Below are positions 36,525-47,900 of a stretch of DNA of 64,000 nt, one piece after another (the first letter of the stretch is position 1; every line of letters begins with the position of its first letter). Position numbers and translations under genes: made by a program. The stretch is from positions 2,616-66,615 of the IMG/VR virus record IMGVR_UViG_3300027708_000068; one strand, 5' to 3'. Below the pieces are notes generated by a model, which worked only from the letters and a program-made list of their open reading frames with translations, had not been told where the DNA came from and searched no databases. The DNA comes from a virus.

Positions 36525-38290
36525 GCTTTTAAATACTTATCCGCTTTAATTTGTTTACCCTGTTTCTTAGTACCCGTACGAGCCGCACGTACTCTATCCA
36601 TCATAGCGTATAACTTCTTAGCACCTGCATCAGTAGAGCCGTTACCCAAATGACTAACAACATCAGCAGGTACGACAAACTCGCCATCTGCCAAACGCGC
36701 AGGTTGTTTAGCACCAATTTGAGCTGGGATATTATCTGACATGCCATCGCCGGGGCCTTTCAATAAACGACCACCATCTGAATAACTGCCTAAATGCCCA
36801 ATACCACCACCAGCTGCATAATGTTTAAAGTCTTTTGGTAAACCACCTGTAGCGCCAGCAATATTAGAACTACCATCGCTAGAAGAAGTATACATAGCAG
36901 CTTGTCTTTCGGCTTCTGCTGCGGCTTCAGCAGCAATTCTATCGTTGTATGCTTTAGTACCTACAATTGCTCCGGGATTTTGAAACTGCACAGGGGCTAC
37001 ATTAGTTGGTCGAGTAAAAGTAGGAGTTGAATAGCCTTGATATTGTGTTTGTGGAGCCGCTGCCATAATACCTGCTGGTTGCATAGGGGCTACAGGAGGG
37101 GTTTGTCCTGGCATAGGGCTAGCTGCATTTCGTGCAGCCATACGAGATACTAAGTCTTGTGTTAAAGCATTATTAGTATTTACTGAATTTTGGGTAATGA
37201 AGTTTGGCATAGCCTGTAGCGGTATGTTTGGTTGTCCCCCTGTAGTTCCACCCCCAGCAAAACGTTCTGCGCCAGTATATGGGTCTACACTTGCGTCTGA
37301 AATTCCCGATACTATATTTTGTGATATTGGAACGTTAGTTGGATTTGAAAAAGTGTCACTATTAATAGTAGATTGTGGGTATATTTGGTTTTGAGCCACG
37401 CCATTAGTTTGAAACATTTGCCCTGCGCCATCAACATTTTGGTTGTCTCCAGCAATACCACCTGCTGCCATAGCTACTACGTGCCCACCTTCAGCGGCAT
37501 AAGCATTGTATGGGTTTTTAACGTAGTTTGGATATACTGGTTTATAGGCTGGGTTTGGTTGCGCTGTGGTTAAAGGCGTATAGTTTTCACGACTATAGTG
37601 GAAATCTGTTAGTGGGCCTTCATATGTAGTATCTGTTGGAGTACCATATTTTTTATTATCTTGGTTAATAAAATATCCAAGAGCTGTAGCACCAAGCCCT
37701 AATTTAGCGGCTGTGCCCATATTACTACCCCAGAAACCAGCTCCAGCACCACCAACTCCACCAGCGCCAGCTCCACCAACTCCACCAGCAGCGCCAGCTC
37801 CACCGGCAGCGCCTACAGTAGAACCTGCGGTACCGGCTGCGGAACCCGTAGCAGAATATCCAGCAAATACGTCACCGGCAGTTCCAGCTCCGCCAGCCCC
37901 AACACCGCCATTAAAACCAGCAGAACTCCAACCAGGACCAAAGGCAGTTGCATCAGTAGAAGCAAGAGTACCAGAAACAGGGGCCGTAGCAATAGTAGGA
38001 GTAGCGCCAGCAATACCTTCAGTTCCAATAGCTGTTGTACCCAGAGCACCACCTAAAGCGCCAGCGCCAGCGCCCATTAAAGCACTTCGACCCACATCTT
38101 GCCCAGTTACGGCAGCGGTTAAACCAGAAGCGGCGGCGGCGGCGGCACCAGAAGTTAAAGCTCCAGCGGCTGTAGCACCCATAGCATCAACCAACCAAGG
38201 GGAAGCCGCGCCGTCCGTAGCAATCGTAGCCGCCAAAGCAGCTGCTATAGGTAAATAACTTTCTGCACCACCAGAATTTCCGCCAGCCAT
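36521..38290 (-). CDS. Internal virion protein (589 aa)
   Basis: G/A-rich N-terminus; C-terminal 'GPGDGMSD.IPA...ARLADGEFVVPADVVS.LGNGSTDAGAK' domain. Confidence 0.75.
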   Translation of the reverse strand: MAGGNSGGAESYLPIAAALAATIATDGAASPWLVDAMGATAAGALTSGAAAAAASGLTAAVTGQDVGRSALMGAGAGALGGALGTTAIGTEGIAGATPTIATAPVSGTLASTDATAFGPGWSSAGFNGGVGAGGAGTAGDVFAGYSATGSAAGTAGSTVGAAGGAGAAGGVGGAGAGGVGGAGAGFWGSNMGTAAKLGLGATALGYFINQDNKKYGTPTDTTYEGPLTDFHYSRENYTPLTTAQPNPAYKPVYPNYVKNPYNAYAAEGGHVVAMAAGGIAGDNQNVDGAGQMFQTNGVAQNQIYPQSTINSDTFSNPTNVPISQNIVSGISDASVDPYTGAERFAGGGTTGGQPNIPLQAMPNFITQNSVNTNNALTQDLVSRMAARNAASPMPGQTPPVAPMQPAGIMAAAPQTQYQGYSTPTFTRPTNVAPVQFQNPGAIVGTKAYNDRIAAEAAAEAERQAAMYTSSSDGSSNIAGATGGLPKDFKHYAAGGGIGHLGSYSDGGRLLKGPGDGMSDNIPAQIGAKQPARLADGEFVVPADVVSHLGNGSTDAGAKKLYAMMDRVRAARTGTKKQGKQIKADKYLKA

Positions 38291-38335
38291 AGTCTATCCT
38301 TTAATTTTTGTCAATTTTATCACCAATATGCCAAT

Positions 38336-38632
38336 TTAGGTCTTGATTTTTAGAACATTACCCGCAGTAGTATCATAGTAAACATCGCCAGTTCTTAGTG
38401 TTGCTAAGCTAGTTTGCGTTGGTATAGATATTACAGCTAGTCCTGTGGTCTGGTTAATAGTACTTAAGTTTAGTGTAGTTGCTCGTAAAGCTCCAGGGTT
38501 ATCTGTCTGAGAAAAGTACAATCTTAGGATGCGAATAAACTCATCCATAAACCGCTGGTCATATTCTAATGGGGCTGAAGGTAGCCTTGGTGCTGTACTA
38601 GTAGTACCTGTACCACGAGTTGCTATAGCCAT
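38336..38632 (-). CDS. Small virion-associated protein
   Basis: 'PRLPSAPLEYD...LRLYF'; follows the tail hub gene. Confidence 0.6.
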   Translation of the reverse strand: MAIATRGTGTTSTAPRLPSAPLEYDQRFMDEFIRILRLYFSQTDNPGALRATTLNLSTINQTTGLAVISIPTQTSLATLRTGDVYYDTTAGNVLKIKT

Positions 38633-40617
38633 TATCTTCTTCCATCTGGTTTAATATCAATCCTAGGAACACCTAACTGCCATTGAGTACCTAGCTCATT
38701 AGACTCCACTTTAAACGCCATTTGACGCCCACGCATCCGCACATACGCGTATTCCGTAAACTGTTGAATATTGTAGGTACGGGTGTTTTGGTAATTTTGT
38801 TTGCTAATTACTGCAGGGTTATTATCTGTACCATAATTAGAACCAGGGTTTTGACGAGGTAGTACAGTAAAGTTTAAAGACGGCGCATTGTTATAAGAAC
38901 CATTAAATGACACATCAGGAATTAAACGCCAGACAAACCCAAAGTTATGCCCATCACCAATATCAAAGTCAGAAGATTGAATATAAGAATCAATAGCAGT
39001 AGCTGGGTTAGTTTCCCCATTATTTACGTTGTTTTCATGGTATATAAGGTTAGAGTATGTGGTACTTCCAACTACATAATTAGTAGCCATAGGACTACTA
39101 CGTATTGGGCTATCCAGCCATGCTGTGCGAGCTAAAGTACCATAATACCAAATACGTTCTAAATGGTTATATATTACATAGCGGTCAATGTAGTTTGAAT
39201 TAGCAGAACAGTAAAACCACCATACTTCATTAAATCCTTCATTAGTACCAGCAAAAAACTGGAACGCTTGGACCATATTAATGTCTTTAAAGATATAGTC
39301 TCGTAAAGTACAAGGTAACGTTTCATTACGACCAGAGTACATGTAAAACTTATCTGTACCCATCCAGTAGGTAATATTGTTTGCAATTGCCGTAACGTTT
39401 GGCGATACGATAGAAATGTTATCCGCAAGTAACTGAAAACCCCAAACATAAGGAGCGCCTAAATACTGCATAGAATAAAGGGTAGCATCTGTCCAAATTA
39501 AAATCTCTTGGCGAGATTGTAGTGCCGTAATAATAGTAGAACCATGGCTTAGCAAATAACTACCTGCTTGATTAGTAACTGAAGGTGTCCAAGTTAATAC
39601 GCTTTCTTGGTCAGACCAACGCACCAATAATGGGTTTAAAACTGTATCGCCATAATCGTTAGTACCAAAAGCAATTGTAAAACGGCTAGCATCTGAAGTC
39701 ATTACATAGTTGCAATATAACGGGCAATCTGTATCCCCATGCCACCATTGCACACCGTTTTGAGTGTTAGTATTACTAGATGAAATTACTTGGGCTACAT
39801 TGTATGTATTTGCATTAGCTGTATCAACAACCCAATAGTAAATAGGTCCCCCACGAGGGTTAAACAATAAATTCTGACCAAAGTTATCTTGACTCCATAA
39901 ACGAAGCTGAACACCAATACCCAGACCTGCAGGGGCAGAAGAACCCCAACCAGTAGACGTATATCCAGTAGTTACACCTGACCAGCCACCAGCACCCCAA
40001 CCAACGTTAGTAGTATAAATAGCACTACCAGAAGTAATTTTATATGCTGCAATAGTAGACCCACCGCCATTACCGGAATCCCCCGCGGTAGCAGTAACGG
40101 CTACTGTAATTGTATACTGGCTTGAAGATACATAAGTAATTACATACCCGGCTGTAGCATTAAGAACAGCAGCAGTTACATCCCCACCAAGACTAACTGC
40201 ACTAGTAAAAGTAACAAAGTCGCCCGTTTGAGCTCCATGACCTACATCAGTTACAGTAATAGTAGAGAGGCCAGTAGTAGCTGCAAAAGTAGCCTCCCCC
40301 GCTGTAGTTACAGAACGTATTGGAGTAATGTCATAGGCATAACCACCAGTACCTTGTTGTACATAGAACTTTTGGTTTGTGCCAACACCTAGGTAGTTAT
40401 ACCCGTTAAGGCCAATCCAGTTCCATAAAGAACGAATAACCCCAACATATTGGCCACCAGTAATTACGGTGCCACCATCTAATACCCAACCACCAATTTT
40501 TTCTACTTGTCCAGAACGAAAGCGAATCTTATCGCCAGCATACCAACCGCCTTCGTTAGCAAGCGTTGTACCTTCACGGTTAATGCCTGGGCGAAATTGT
40601 AATTTTTGTAATGGCAT
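38632..40617 (-). CDS. Tail hub / nozzle protein (P22 gp10-like)
   Basis: 661 aa, beta-rich, 'VRWSDQE', C-terminus 'W.LG.PRIDIKPDGRR'. Confidence 0.75.
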   Translation of the reverse strand: MPLQKLQFRPGINREGTTLANEGGWYAGDKIRFRSGQVEKIGGWVLDGGTVITGGQYVGVIRSLWNWIGLNGYNYLGVGTNQKFYVQQGTGGYAYDITPIRSVTTAGEATFAATTGLSTITVTDVGHGAQTGDFVTFTSAVSLGGDVTAAVLNATAGYVITYVSSSQYTITVAVTATAGDSGNGGGSTIAAYKITSGSAIYTTNVGWGAGGWSGVTTGYTSTGWGSSAPAGLGIGVQLRLWSQDNFGQNLLFNPRGGPIYYWVVDTANANTYNVAQVISSSNTNTQNGVQWWHGDTDCPLYCNYVMTSDASRFTIAFGTNDYGDTVLNPLLVRWSDQESVLTWTPSVTNQAGSYLLSHGSTIITALQSRQEILIWTDATLYSMQYLGAPYVWGFQLLADNISIVSPNVTAIANNITYWMGTDKFYMYSGRNETLPCTLRDYIFKDINMVQAFQFFAGTNEGFNEVWWFYCSANSNYIDRYVIYNHLERIWYYGTLARTAWLDSPIRSSPMATNYVVGSTTYSNLIYHENNVNNGETNPATAIDSYIQSSDFDIGDGHNFGFVWRLIPDVSFNGSYNNAPSLNFTVLPRQNPGSNYGTDNNPAVISKQNYQNTRTYNIQQFTEYAYVRMRGRQMAFKVESNELGTQWQLGVPRIDIKPDGRR

Positions 40618-41210
40618 TAGTAGGTATCCAGTGCTTTTTGTGCAAGTGCGGTTTTTTCAACACGCTCAGCGTATCCAGTCATTCCACCATTAACTCTATG
40701 GGTTATTTCTTTTATATCTCCAGCATCTGCAAGAGAGTTTAAATTCTTTTTATTCCAAAACCAACCTGCAGATAGGGCAGCCCATTTAGGTTCAAGGATA
40801 ATATCTGGATGTGTAATTGTATCAATACCTAGGCTAGTACCACAAAACAAATAAACTTCTTTACCAGTTAACTGTATGACACCACGTCCACGGTATTTAA
40901 ACCCATCACCTTCTTCGGTATTACCCATCCGTCCAGCATACACTTTGTTTGCTATCTTCTCGGGATTATTGGCGTACTTATCAGCAGTATCATGGTCAGG
41001 AAACCTAGAAGGCCAAACCCGCATAAGGGCATTAGCTGAGTAATGTAAGTTTTCTTCTAAAGTCTTAAAGTTATTAGACTCGTGTATGCACTGCCCTAAA
41101 AAAGCGGCTTGTCTTTTAGTAGTAGAAATACCATATTTTACAAACGTAGTAACTAATGGTTCGTACCATTTTCCATCAATACCAAGAGACTTTAACTGTT
41201 CAGGACTCAT
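40617..41210 (-). CDS. Endolysin, glycoside hydrolase family 19
   Basis: 'FLGQCIHES', 'YRGRGVIQLTGK', 'SAGWFW', 'VNGG'. Confidence 0.92.
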   Translation of the reverse strand: MSPEQLKSLGIDGKWYEPLVTTFVKYGISTTKRQAAFLGQCIHESNNFKTLEENLHYSANALMRVWPSRFPDHDTADKYANNPEKIANKVYAGRMGNTEEGDGFKYRGRGVIQLTGKEVYLFCGTSLGIDTITHPDIILEPKWAALSAGWFWNKKNLNSLADAGDIKEITHRVNGGMTGYAERVEKTALAQKALDTY

Positions 41211-41608
41211 TTAATACCTATCTGTGCATTAACCCAATCTTGTAAGCTTGTTAATTGGACCGTTGCTGCAGCGCATTGTCCAGCAAGTATTGGGTAGGCG
41301 GTTTCTGCATCAGTTCCTTTGGGGGCTGGGGAAATGCCGGACATTGAACCGCTACTGGGGTTGCGCACGCCACTAGTATAGAAGTTACGCACAGCAGAAA
41401 GCTTGCTTTCATAATCATTTTTAATTCCTTTATTTACTAAATCTTGTTGTTTTTTAACTGACTCAACATTAGCTTCTTGCGCTTTAGCAATGGCAACCAC
41501 TTCTTTCTTAAATGCCATGTAATCCACATCACGTGTATGCCAACCAGCATAGAAAATGCCAAGTACACATACAACTCCCGCGATAAGTTTGGCATATAGT
41601 AGATTCAT
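41207..41608 (-). CDS. rz: Inner-membrane spanin (Rz-like)
   Basis: N-terminal TM plus coiled coil, C-terminal 'LQDWV'; contains the embedded Rz1-like gene. Confidence 0.8.
   Translation of the reverse strand: MNLLYAKLIAGVVCVLGIFYAGWHTRDVDYMAFKKEVVAIAKAQEANVESVKKQQDLVNKGIKNDYESKLSAVRNFYTSGVRNPSSGSMSGISPAPKGTDAETAYPILAGQCAAATVQLTSLQDWVNAQIGIK
41251..41418 (-). CDS. rz1: Outer-membrane spanin lipoprotein (Rz1-like), embedded in rz
   Basis: Hand-translated MIMKASFLLCVTSILVAC-ATPVAVQCPAFPQPPKELMQKPP...; lipobox LVAC, Pro-rich, AAGGA RBS. Confidence 0.85.
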   Translation of the reverse strand: MIMKASFLLCVTSILVACATPVAVQCPAFPQPPKELMQKPPTQYLLDNALQQRSN

Positions 41609-41790
41609 CGTTCGATAGGTTGAGTAGTTATAAAGCGTAAAATTGCAACAATAATTCCAATAGTGAAAAAAGTTACTCCATAAAACTTAGGTTCAAGTAA
41701 AGCCTGTACATATGGAAATAACTCCATAGCCGCGCCTAGTACCGCTAGCGCAAAAGCAAACCACATAGTCTTAGACTTGCGCATTTTCAT
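41605..41790 (-). CDS. Putative holin (2 TM)
   Basis: 'KSKTMWF...LRFITTQPI'; two hydrophobic helices; in the lysis cassette. Confidence 0.7.
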   Translation of the reverse strand: MKMRKSKTMWFAFALAVLGAAMELFPYVQALLEPKFYGVTFFTIGIIVAILRFITTQPIER

Positions 41791-42029
41791 TTTGCTTTAG
41801 TTTTTGCGGTTTTAACTGTAGCCTTTGGTTTGCGCATGGATGCCTTTGGAACTATCACTTTCTTTGCTGCTGGTTTTTTCTTTGGGCGTGGGTCAAAGTC
41901 TTCGCTTAAAACTGGAAAAGGCCACATCTTAAACTCTGGCGTTTTTGTGTCAATTTGAACTTTACCAACTTCCATATTAATTTTAGGCATGTAGCCTAGT
42001 TTGTCAAACATCCAAGTTACTATAAACAT
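41787..42029 (-). CDS. Hypothetical protein with Lys-rich tail
   Basis: Coupled ORF upstream of the holin. Confidence 0.65.
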   Translation of the reverse strand: MFIVTWMFDKLGYMPKINMEVGKVQIDTKTPEFKMWPFPVLSEDFDPRPKKKPAAKKVIVPKASMRKPKATVKTAKTKAK

Positions 42030-42349
42030 TATTCTTCCTCTACATATTTTAAAGTTTGTGGTTTATTAAATGCTGCTGTTAATAGTACTTGTTGATTTGT
42101 CTCTTGCGCTTTAACCATTTCGTTCCTAAAAGACTCAACTGCTGCTGAAGTGCTGCGTTGCTGTTTAGAATTCTCAATCATTAAAATTGGAAGCCAAGCC
42201 ATAGCGCAGCCTTTTTCATCTACAGAATCACCAGTAGTTGGATTTGTACCAGCAAAAGTTTGAAACCATACACAACGATGAATTGCGTTGTCTTTAATTT
42301 CTTCACATTTAGCCCCTAATGGGCAAGTAAGTACTGTTTTAAGTTCCAT
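42029..42349 (-). CDS. Tail-fibre-associated protein with Cys motifs
   Basis: 'CPL...C...C.WF...CAMAWLP..MIEN...AAVESFRNEMV'. Confidence 0.65.
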   Translation of the reverse strand: MELKTVLTCPLGAKCEEIKDNAIHRCVWFQTFAGTNPTTGDSVDEKGCAMAWLPILMIENSKQQRSTSAAVESFRNEMVKAQETNQQVLLTAAFNKPQTLKYVEEE

Positions 42350-43842
42350 TAGTTTTTAGCGCAAATAATGAGGTCGATGTATCGTGGAGCCCAATTAGAC
42401 GCACTTCCATTGGCTGCTGTTGTACCAGATACTGTTACTGTGTGATTATGTGCTGGGTCTGACGCACTTGTTGTTCCAGAGTATGTATGACTATGGTCAG
42501 CAGAGGCATCTCCAAGAGAAATTCCTGTATAAGCGTTATTTAGTACTGGGTTTGTGTAATCTCCACGAACCGCATTGTAGTCACCACGAATATTAATTTG
42601 ACCACCAGATGGCACGTTATAAATAAAGGTAGATGCAAAACTATGGCCATGGCCTGGGTCTGATACAGAGTGACTGTGGGTTACACTTTGCCCACTAGAT
42701 GTGCCGCTAAATGTATGCGAGTGATTAATGCTAGTTGTACTAGTTGTGCCTGAAGAGGAAACAGTATGGGTATGGCTTGGAACTACATCCATTAAAATAG
42801 GACTTGCAGAACCGCCTACTCCGTTCCCTGCTGTATTAACAACACGAAGCATACGGTTAGTAGCATTATCAGAGGTATCTTGCGTCCAGCCAGTAGGGGC
42901 GGAGGATTGAGCAAATGGAAGTCTTGTACCTGATGGGAATGCGTTAGACACCGCTGTGGTTACAAAAGCCGTTGTAGCTAATTGGGTATTATTAGTACCT
43001 GCGGCTTGGGTTGTACCCACTGCCCCACTTGAAACTGTTGTTGTTACAGTTGCAGCGCTACCGCCAATGCTTAATCCAGAAGCTGTTCCAGTTAACCCAG
43101 TACCGGCACCGGAAAAAGAGCCTGAATTTAAAGTTAATCCACTTGAGCCTATTGTCCCCCAAGTTACTGAACCAGAAGAAGGTTGAAAATAAATGGAACC
43201 TGTAGAATACCCACGAATAGCTACGTTTGTATTATCTCCATATAGTCCTGTAGCAATACCACCCCCAATAGCTAAACTATTTTGGAAGTTTGCAATTCCA
43301 GTAAAAGTAGAAGTACCAGTAAATGACGAAGTACCACCAATTGATAAAGTGCCACCAACAGAAGCGTTACCTGTAACGGTAAAGTTACTAGGTGTACCGC
43401 CAGTACTAGCAAAAAAGTTTGTTCCGTCTGACCAAATAGATGTTGTCATACCTGCTGGAATAGTTACACCTGAACCAGCGGCAGTAGTATTACCAATAAC
43501 AGAAGAGTTATAGAAAGTAGCTGTATATGCAGTGTTATTCCAAACTGTATAAGTTTTACTTACAGGCGGGGCAAAAATGTTAAAGTTAGCGCCCAGAGTA
43601 CCTGCATTTAGTTTTAATACAGCATAGATTGATTGATTTAGTGAAGGGGTAGCAGACGGCCCGTTTACGTATGTAAGTACTTGATTATTAGAGGTTGGGC
43701 TTACTGTAACCGCTTGATAGCCTGCAATAGCCGTTTCAAATACATACTGAAAGTTATTATTAGTAGTGCCACCCCAAGAACCAGGCTGGTCTCCAGCACC
43801 GATTAATTCGGTTCGTAGTATGGGTGAGTAGGTGCTTGCCAT
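42349..43842 (-). CDS. Tail fibre protein with collar domain and HxH repeats
   Basis: 'MASTYS' anchor, 'LATTAFV', 'FPSGT..PF.Q.SAPTGW', multiple HTH/HSH motifs. Confidence 0.85.
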   Translation of the reverse strand: MASTYSPILRTELIGAGDQPGSWGGTTNNNFQYVFETAIAGYQAVTVSPTSNNQVLTYVNGPSATPSLNQSIYAVLKLNAGTLGANFNIFAPPVSKTYTVWNNTAYTATFYNSSVIGNTTAAGSGVTIPAGMTTSIWSDGTNFFASTGGTPSNFTVTGNASVGGTLSIGGTSSFTGTSTFTGIANFQNSLAIGGGIATGLYGDNTNVAIRGYSTGSIYFQPSSGSVTWGTIGSSGLTLNSGSFSGAGTGLTGTASGLSIGGSAATVTTTVSSGAVGTTQAAGTNNTQLATTAFVTTAVSNAFPSGTRLPFAQSSAPTGWTQDTSDNATNRMLRVVNTAGNGVGGSASPILMDVVPSHTHTVSSSGTTSTTSINHSHTFSGTSSGQSVTHSHSVSDPGHGHSFASTFIYNVPSGGQINIRGDYNAVRGDYTNPVLNNAYTGISLGDASADHSHTYSGTTSASDPAHNHTVTVSGTTAANGSASNWAPRYIDLIICAKN

Positions 43843-43851
43843 GTTTATCCT

Positions 43852-44694
43852 TTATGGGAAGTTATTATTAACTGGAACCCAAGTTACTGTTTGTCCATCA
43901 TTAATACTTACCCATGAACCCGCAGTAGCGTTATTAATCTGCGCCCAATTACTTGTTTGGCCGTCGTTAATTTTAAACCAACCACGAGGGAAAGGGCTGT
44001 CTAATAATACCAAATTTTCGGCTATCTGGCTATTAAATGCGGCAATTACAGTTATAGCGTCAGCGGGTACTAGATTTTCGGTTACTAGGGCGTTATGGGT
44101 GCGTAAGGCAGTTTGAGCATCCGCTAGGGTTAAGGCTTCAGCTATGTTTGAGTTATGTATGCGTATCGCTAGGCTAGAGTCGGCTGCAGTTAGAGCTTCA
44201 GAAAGACTGGATACAAAAGCTGCAGTAGCTGAAATAGCATCTGCTAGGGCAGTATTTTCGGTAATAACAGTTGAAAAAGAAGCTATTACGGTTTGGCTGT
44301 TATCAACCCCGATGTTCTCTAAAACCACGCTGGCGAAGCTTGCTACAACCGTCTGGGAGTTATCTAGCGTTAGGGCTTCAGTTATATCTGAGTTTTGAAT
44401 GCGGATAACTACGCTAGAGTCGGCTAAATCAGCAGCCTCGACAATTGCAACAGCAAAAGCAGCTAAAACAGATGGGGTATCTGCAAAAGACGCATTTTCA
44501 ATAACAACAGCAAAAAGGGTGCGAAGCCCATTTACAGAATCAGCTAGGGTTATAGGTTCTGTAATGTTATTATTAAAAGACGCAACTGTACTGGGTATGT
44601 CGTTGATAATAAAAGGCTCCGTAATGGAATCCCCCCATTTAACAATACCCCTTTGTACAAAAGGTCCAGAGCTTATCGGCTGTTTACCGAACAT
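43852..44694 (-). CDS. Tail-associated protein with 20-aa repeats
   Basis: Repeats of '(I/V)TE.L.LAD' with a Trp-rich C-terminus. Confidence 0.7.
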   Translation of the reverse strand: MFGKQPISSGPFVQRGIVKWGDSITEPFIINDIPSTVASFNNNITEPITLADSVNGLRTLFAVVIENASFADTPSVLAAFAVAIVEAADLADSSVVIRIQNSDITEALTLDNSQTVVASFASVVLENIGVDNSQTVIASFSTVITENTALADAISATAAFVSSLSEALTAADSSLAIRIHNSNIAEALTLADAQTALRTHNALVTENLVPADAITVIAAFNSQIAENLVLLDSPFPRGWFKINDGQTSNWAQINNATAGSWVSINDGQTVTWVPVNNNFP

Positions 44695-44697
44695 AGC

Positions 44698-44964
44698 TTA
44701 GCAGTCTACTGCACCTTGATAATCAGCCATAGTCTTTAATACTTCATAAATAGCTGGGATTAAATCGCCTTTTAAATCTTCCATAGCGATGTAATGAGCC
44801 AGCTCTGCAACTGTAGACCTGTTTGAGTGCCTAGCGTCTTCATCATAGTAGATAGCTACTTGTACTTGAAGTTGGTCTTTTGTGCCGTAAAAGTTAGTAA
44901 TGCGGGCATAAGCCTGCGGTGCTGCTGGGCCAAACTGTGTTGCAATTTGTAATTTTAGTGCCAT
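44698..44964 (-). CDS. Putative tail fibre chaperone
   Basis: Small gene after the long fibre; C-terminus 'Y..LKT...Y.GAVDC'. Confidence 0.55.
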   Translation of the reverse strand: MALKLQIATQFGPAAPQAYARITNFYGTKDQLQVQVAIYYDEDARHSNRSTVAELAHYIAMEDLKGDLIPAIYEVLKTMADYQGAVDC

Positions 44965-44975
44965 TGTAATTCTCC

Positions 44976-47900
44976 TTAATAAGTTACTTCTGTAGTTTGT
45001 ATTTGTGCAACTGTTCTAATCGTGGTTGCTGCTGCACCAGTAAAGGTAACTTTCAATCCACCATTGGTTGTATCTGCTGTTAATGCTACATCCCATGCCG
45101 CAGTTCCTGTGTCACCAAAACTTGAAGTAATAGTGGGTGAACCAATTAGTCTTGTACCGCCTACCGCAGAAGTACGCATAATTGCACCTTCAATACTCCA
45201 ACCTTTAGTCAGAGAAGTAGCTGTAATTGTTCCAGCGACTGTCTGCGCCCCAGTTGTAGCGTTAGTATATTGAACAGTAGTAGTTGTACAAGCTGTTACT
45301 GTTTGTGTTCCGTTAAATCCTAAAGGAGTTACACCAGCCACCACAATAGTCTGTCCTACTACAAATGGGGCTACAGTCTGCGTAGCAAAAGTAATCGTTG
45401 CAGTACCAGCCGCACCAGCAGTAGCAGTAGTAGCTAAAGCAAACTGAGCAGTAGATATAACAGAGCCTTTAAAGTAATAAGCAGAGTTGTTAGGTAGGAT
45501 TACTTGGTTTGCTGTTCCTGCGGCATTAGAGTCTGCACAAAGAACTGTAGCAGTAGCATCAGTAGTTTGTCTTGCAAGAACCAAAAGACCAGCTTGTGTA
45601 ATGCCGTTTGCCCCAGCTATTGGGTTAGAGCAAGCTGGAAAAACATGGTTTCCAACTATACCTCTTGTGGTTCCTTGTTGTCCACCACCAATAAAACTGT
45701 AACTGCCGTTTCCTACATGATTATCCCCCGCACCAATAAACGCAGAAAACCCTGATGCTGTACTTGACCTACCAGCAACAATCGCAGAGTTGCTACCGCC
45801 AGTATTAATAACATGGTTTATCCCAGCACCAATAAATGCGTTAGTTATTGAAGATGCAGAAGCTATAATATTTCCATTATTTCCAAATGCTTTATTTCCG
45901 CCACCACAAATTACAGAAGATTGCCCACCATTTTGATTTCCTGAACCACTTAAAACTGCTGACCAATCACCCGATGCCACATTCCTATTAGCCGCAGTAC
46001 CAGCATCACCACCACCACCGATAAAGCTATATGCTCCTGTTGCTTGGTTATTACCACCACCGACTACTGTACCAAAGGCGTTGTAAAAACTCAGTGTAGA
46101 TGCCGCAGTTAAGGTGACTGCTGTAGAAGTTGTTATGGTAAATGCTGTACCAGTAATGGTTGTTGATGCAACAGTTTGTGATGCACTTACTGTCCAAGAA
46201 AGACCTGAGCCTGAAACAATGTATGTCCCTGCTGTAACGCCTGTACCAGTTAAGACTTGACCAGCAATAATAGTCCCAGAAGAAAGTGAGCCAACTGTAA
46301 GCGTTGTTCCAGAGATGGTAGACGTTGCCATTACCGCTGGAGTACCAGTAGTTACTGCGCCTGTAACCATTACAGGAACAAAGTTTGTACCAATAGAAAT
46401 TTGTGCAGCGTTTGCTAAAACAAATTGACCAACTTTAATATTGGCGTTTGCGCTTGTAAGATAGGTTGTAGTAGCCGCTGTTTGGGCAATGGTTGTGGTG
46501 TTTGTGGTAATTGTGCCAAGTTGGTTATTAGAGTTTGTGTATCCATTACCAACAAAACCATAGTAACCAGCCGAGGTATTTATTGCTCCACCAGTAATAG
46601 AGCCATAGGTTTGCGACACTGTGTTTACATTACCACCAAGAACACTAGAAAATAAACCAGTTGCTTGATTGCCATCTCCACCAGCTATAACTGGAAAGTT
46701 TTGCCCAGATGCTATATGTGAACGACCACCACCAATAAATGCCCCCGAAGCTCCTGATGCTAAGTTATTCCATCCACCACCGATAAATGCACCTGTACCA
46801 GATGCTGTATTGCCAGAAAATGTTGTTCCGCTAGTACCACCACCACCAATTGCTGAGCCTGCGCCTGATGCTACATTTTTAAAACCGCCTGCTACAGTAG
46901 ACCAATCACCTGATGCAGCGTTCCTGTTTGTGTTTGTTCCTGCGTCTCCGCCTCCACCGATGAATGAGTAGCTACCAGTAGCCTGATTGTTTCCACCACC
47001 GACTACTACCCCATGTGGAGTAAGGAAAGATAGGGTTACACCAGCAGCAGTTGTAGCAGCTTGGCTGATTGTGAATGTATAGGCTGTGCCAGTAATTGTT
47101 GTAGAAGCTACAGTCTGAGAAGTAGATACAGTCCAAGTAGAAGCTGAACCACTAACAATATAAGTACCAGCAGTTACACCAGTACCAGTTAAAACCATAC
47201 CAGCAATAATTGTGCCTGATGCTAAAGAGCCTACAGTAAGCGTTGTTCCACTAATAGTAGAAGTGTTCATTACTGCGGCAGTACCAGTAGTTACTGTGGA
47301 TGTTGCGTAGGTATTACTTGGTACTCCTGTTGCGGAAATATACTGACCTACTTTAATGTTAGCGTTTACAGAAGATAAGTAAACAGTAGTCTGTGCAGTT
47401 AAAGCAATAGTTGTTGTATTGGTTGTTACTGCTGTATTTGATGTTCCTGAATTTACCGCACCACCGCCAATAAAGTTTAAATATCCGTTTGCAGTATGGC
47501 TTATTCCACCAACGATTGCTGATGAATTATTTGCGGTATTGGCATTTCCAGCCCCAATAAAAGTATAGTTTCCAGTAGCAGAATTTGAATTGCCTGAACC
47601 AACAAATGTTGCAAATCCTAAACTAGAATTAGATGCTCCACCAGCAATTACAGATTGTGTGCCACTTGCTACTTGGTTTGCAGCACCTCTATTAGTCTGC
47701 CAATCAGTCGCATTAGCACCCCTAGCGTTACCGCCTGCTGTTGTAGATGTAGTCTTTTGTGCTTGTAATGCGCCTGTTCCTAATGGGGATAGTACTAATG
47801 GGGTATTAGTACCACCAGTAGCCTGAATCATTGGGTAACTAGCATCACCAGTAATGGTTACATAAGTAGTAGAACCACTAGCTAATGTTGCTGTACCAGT

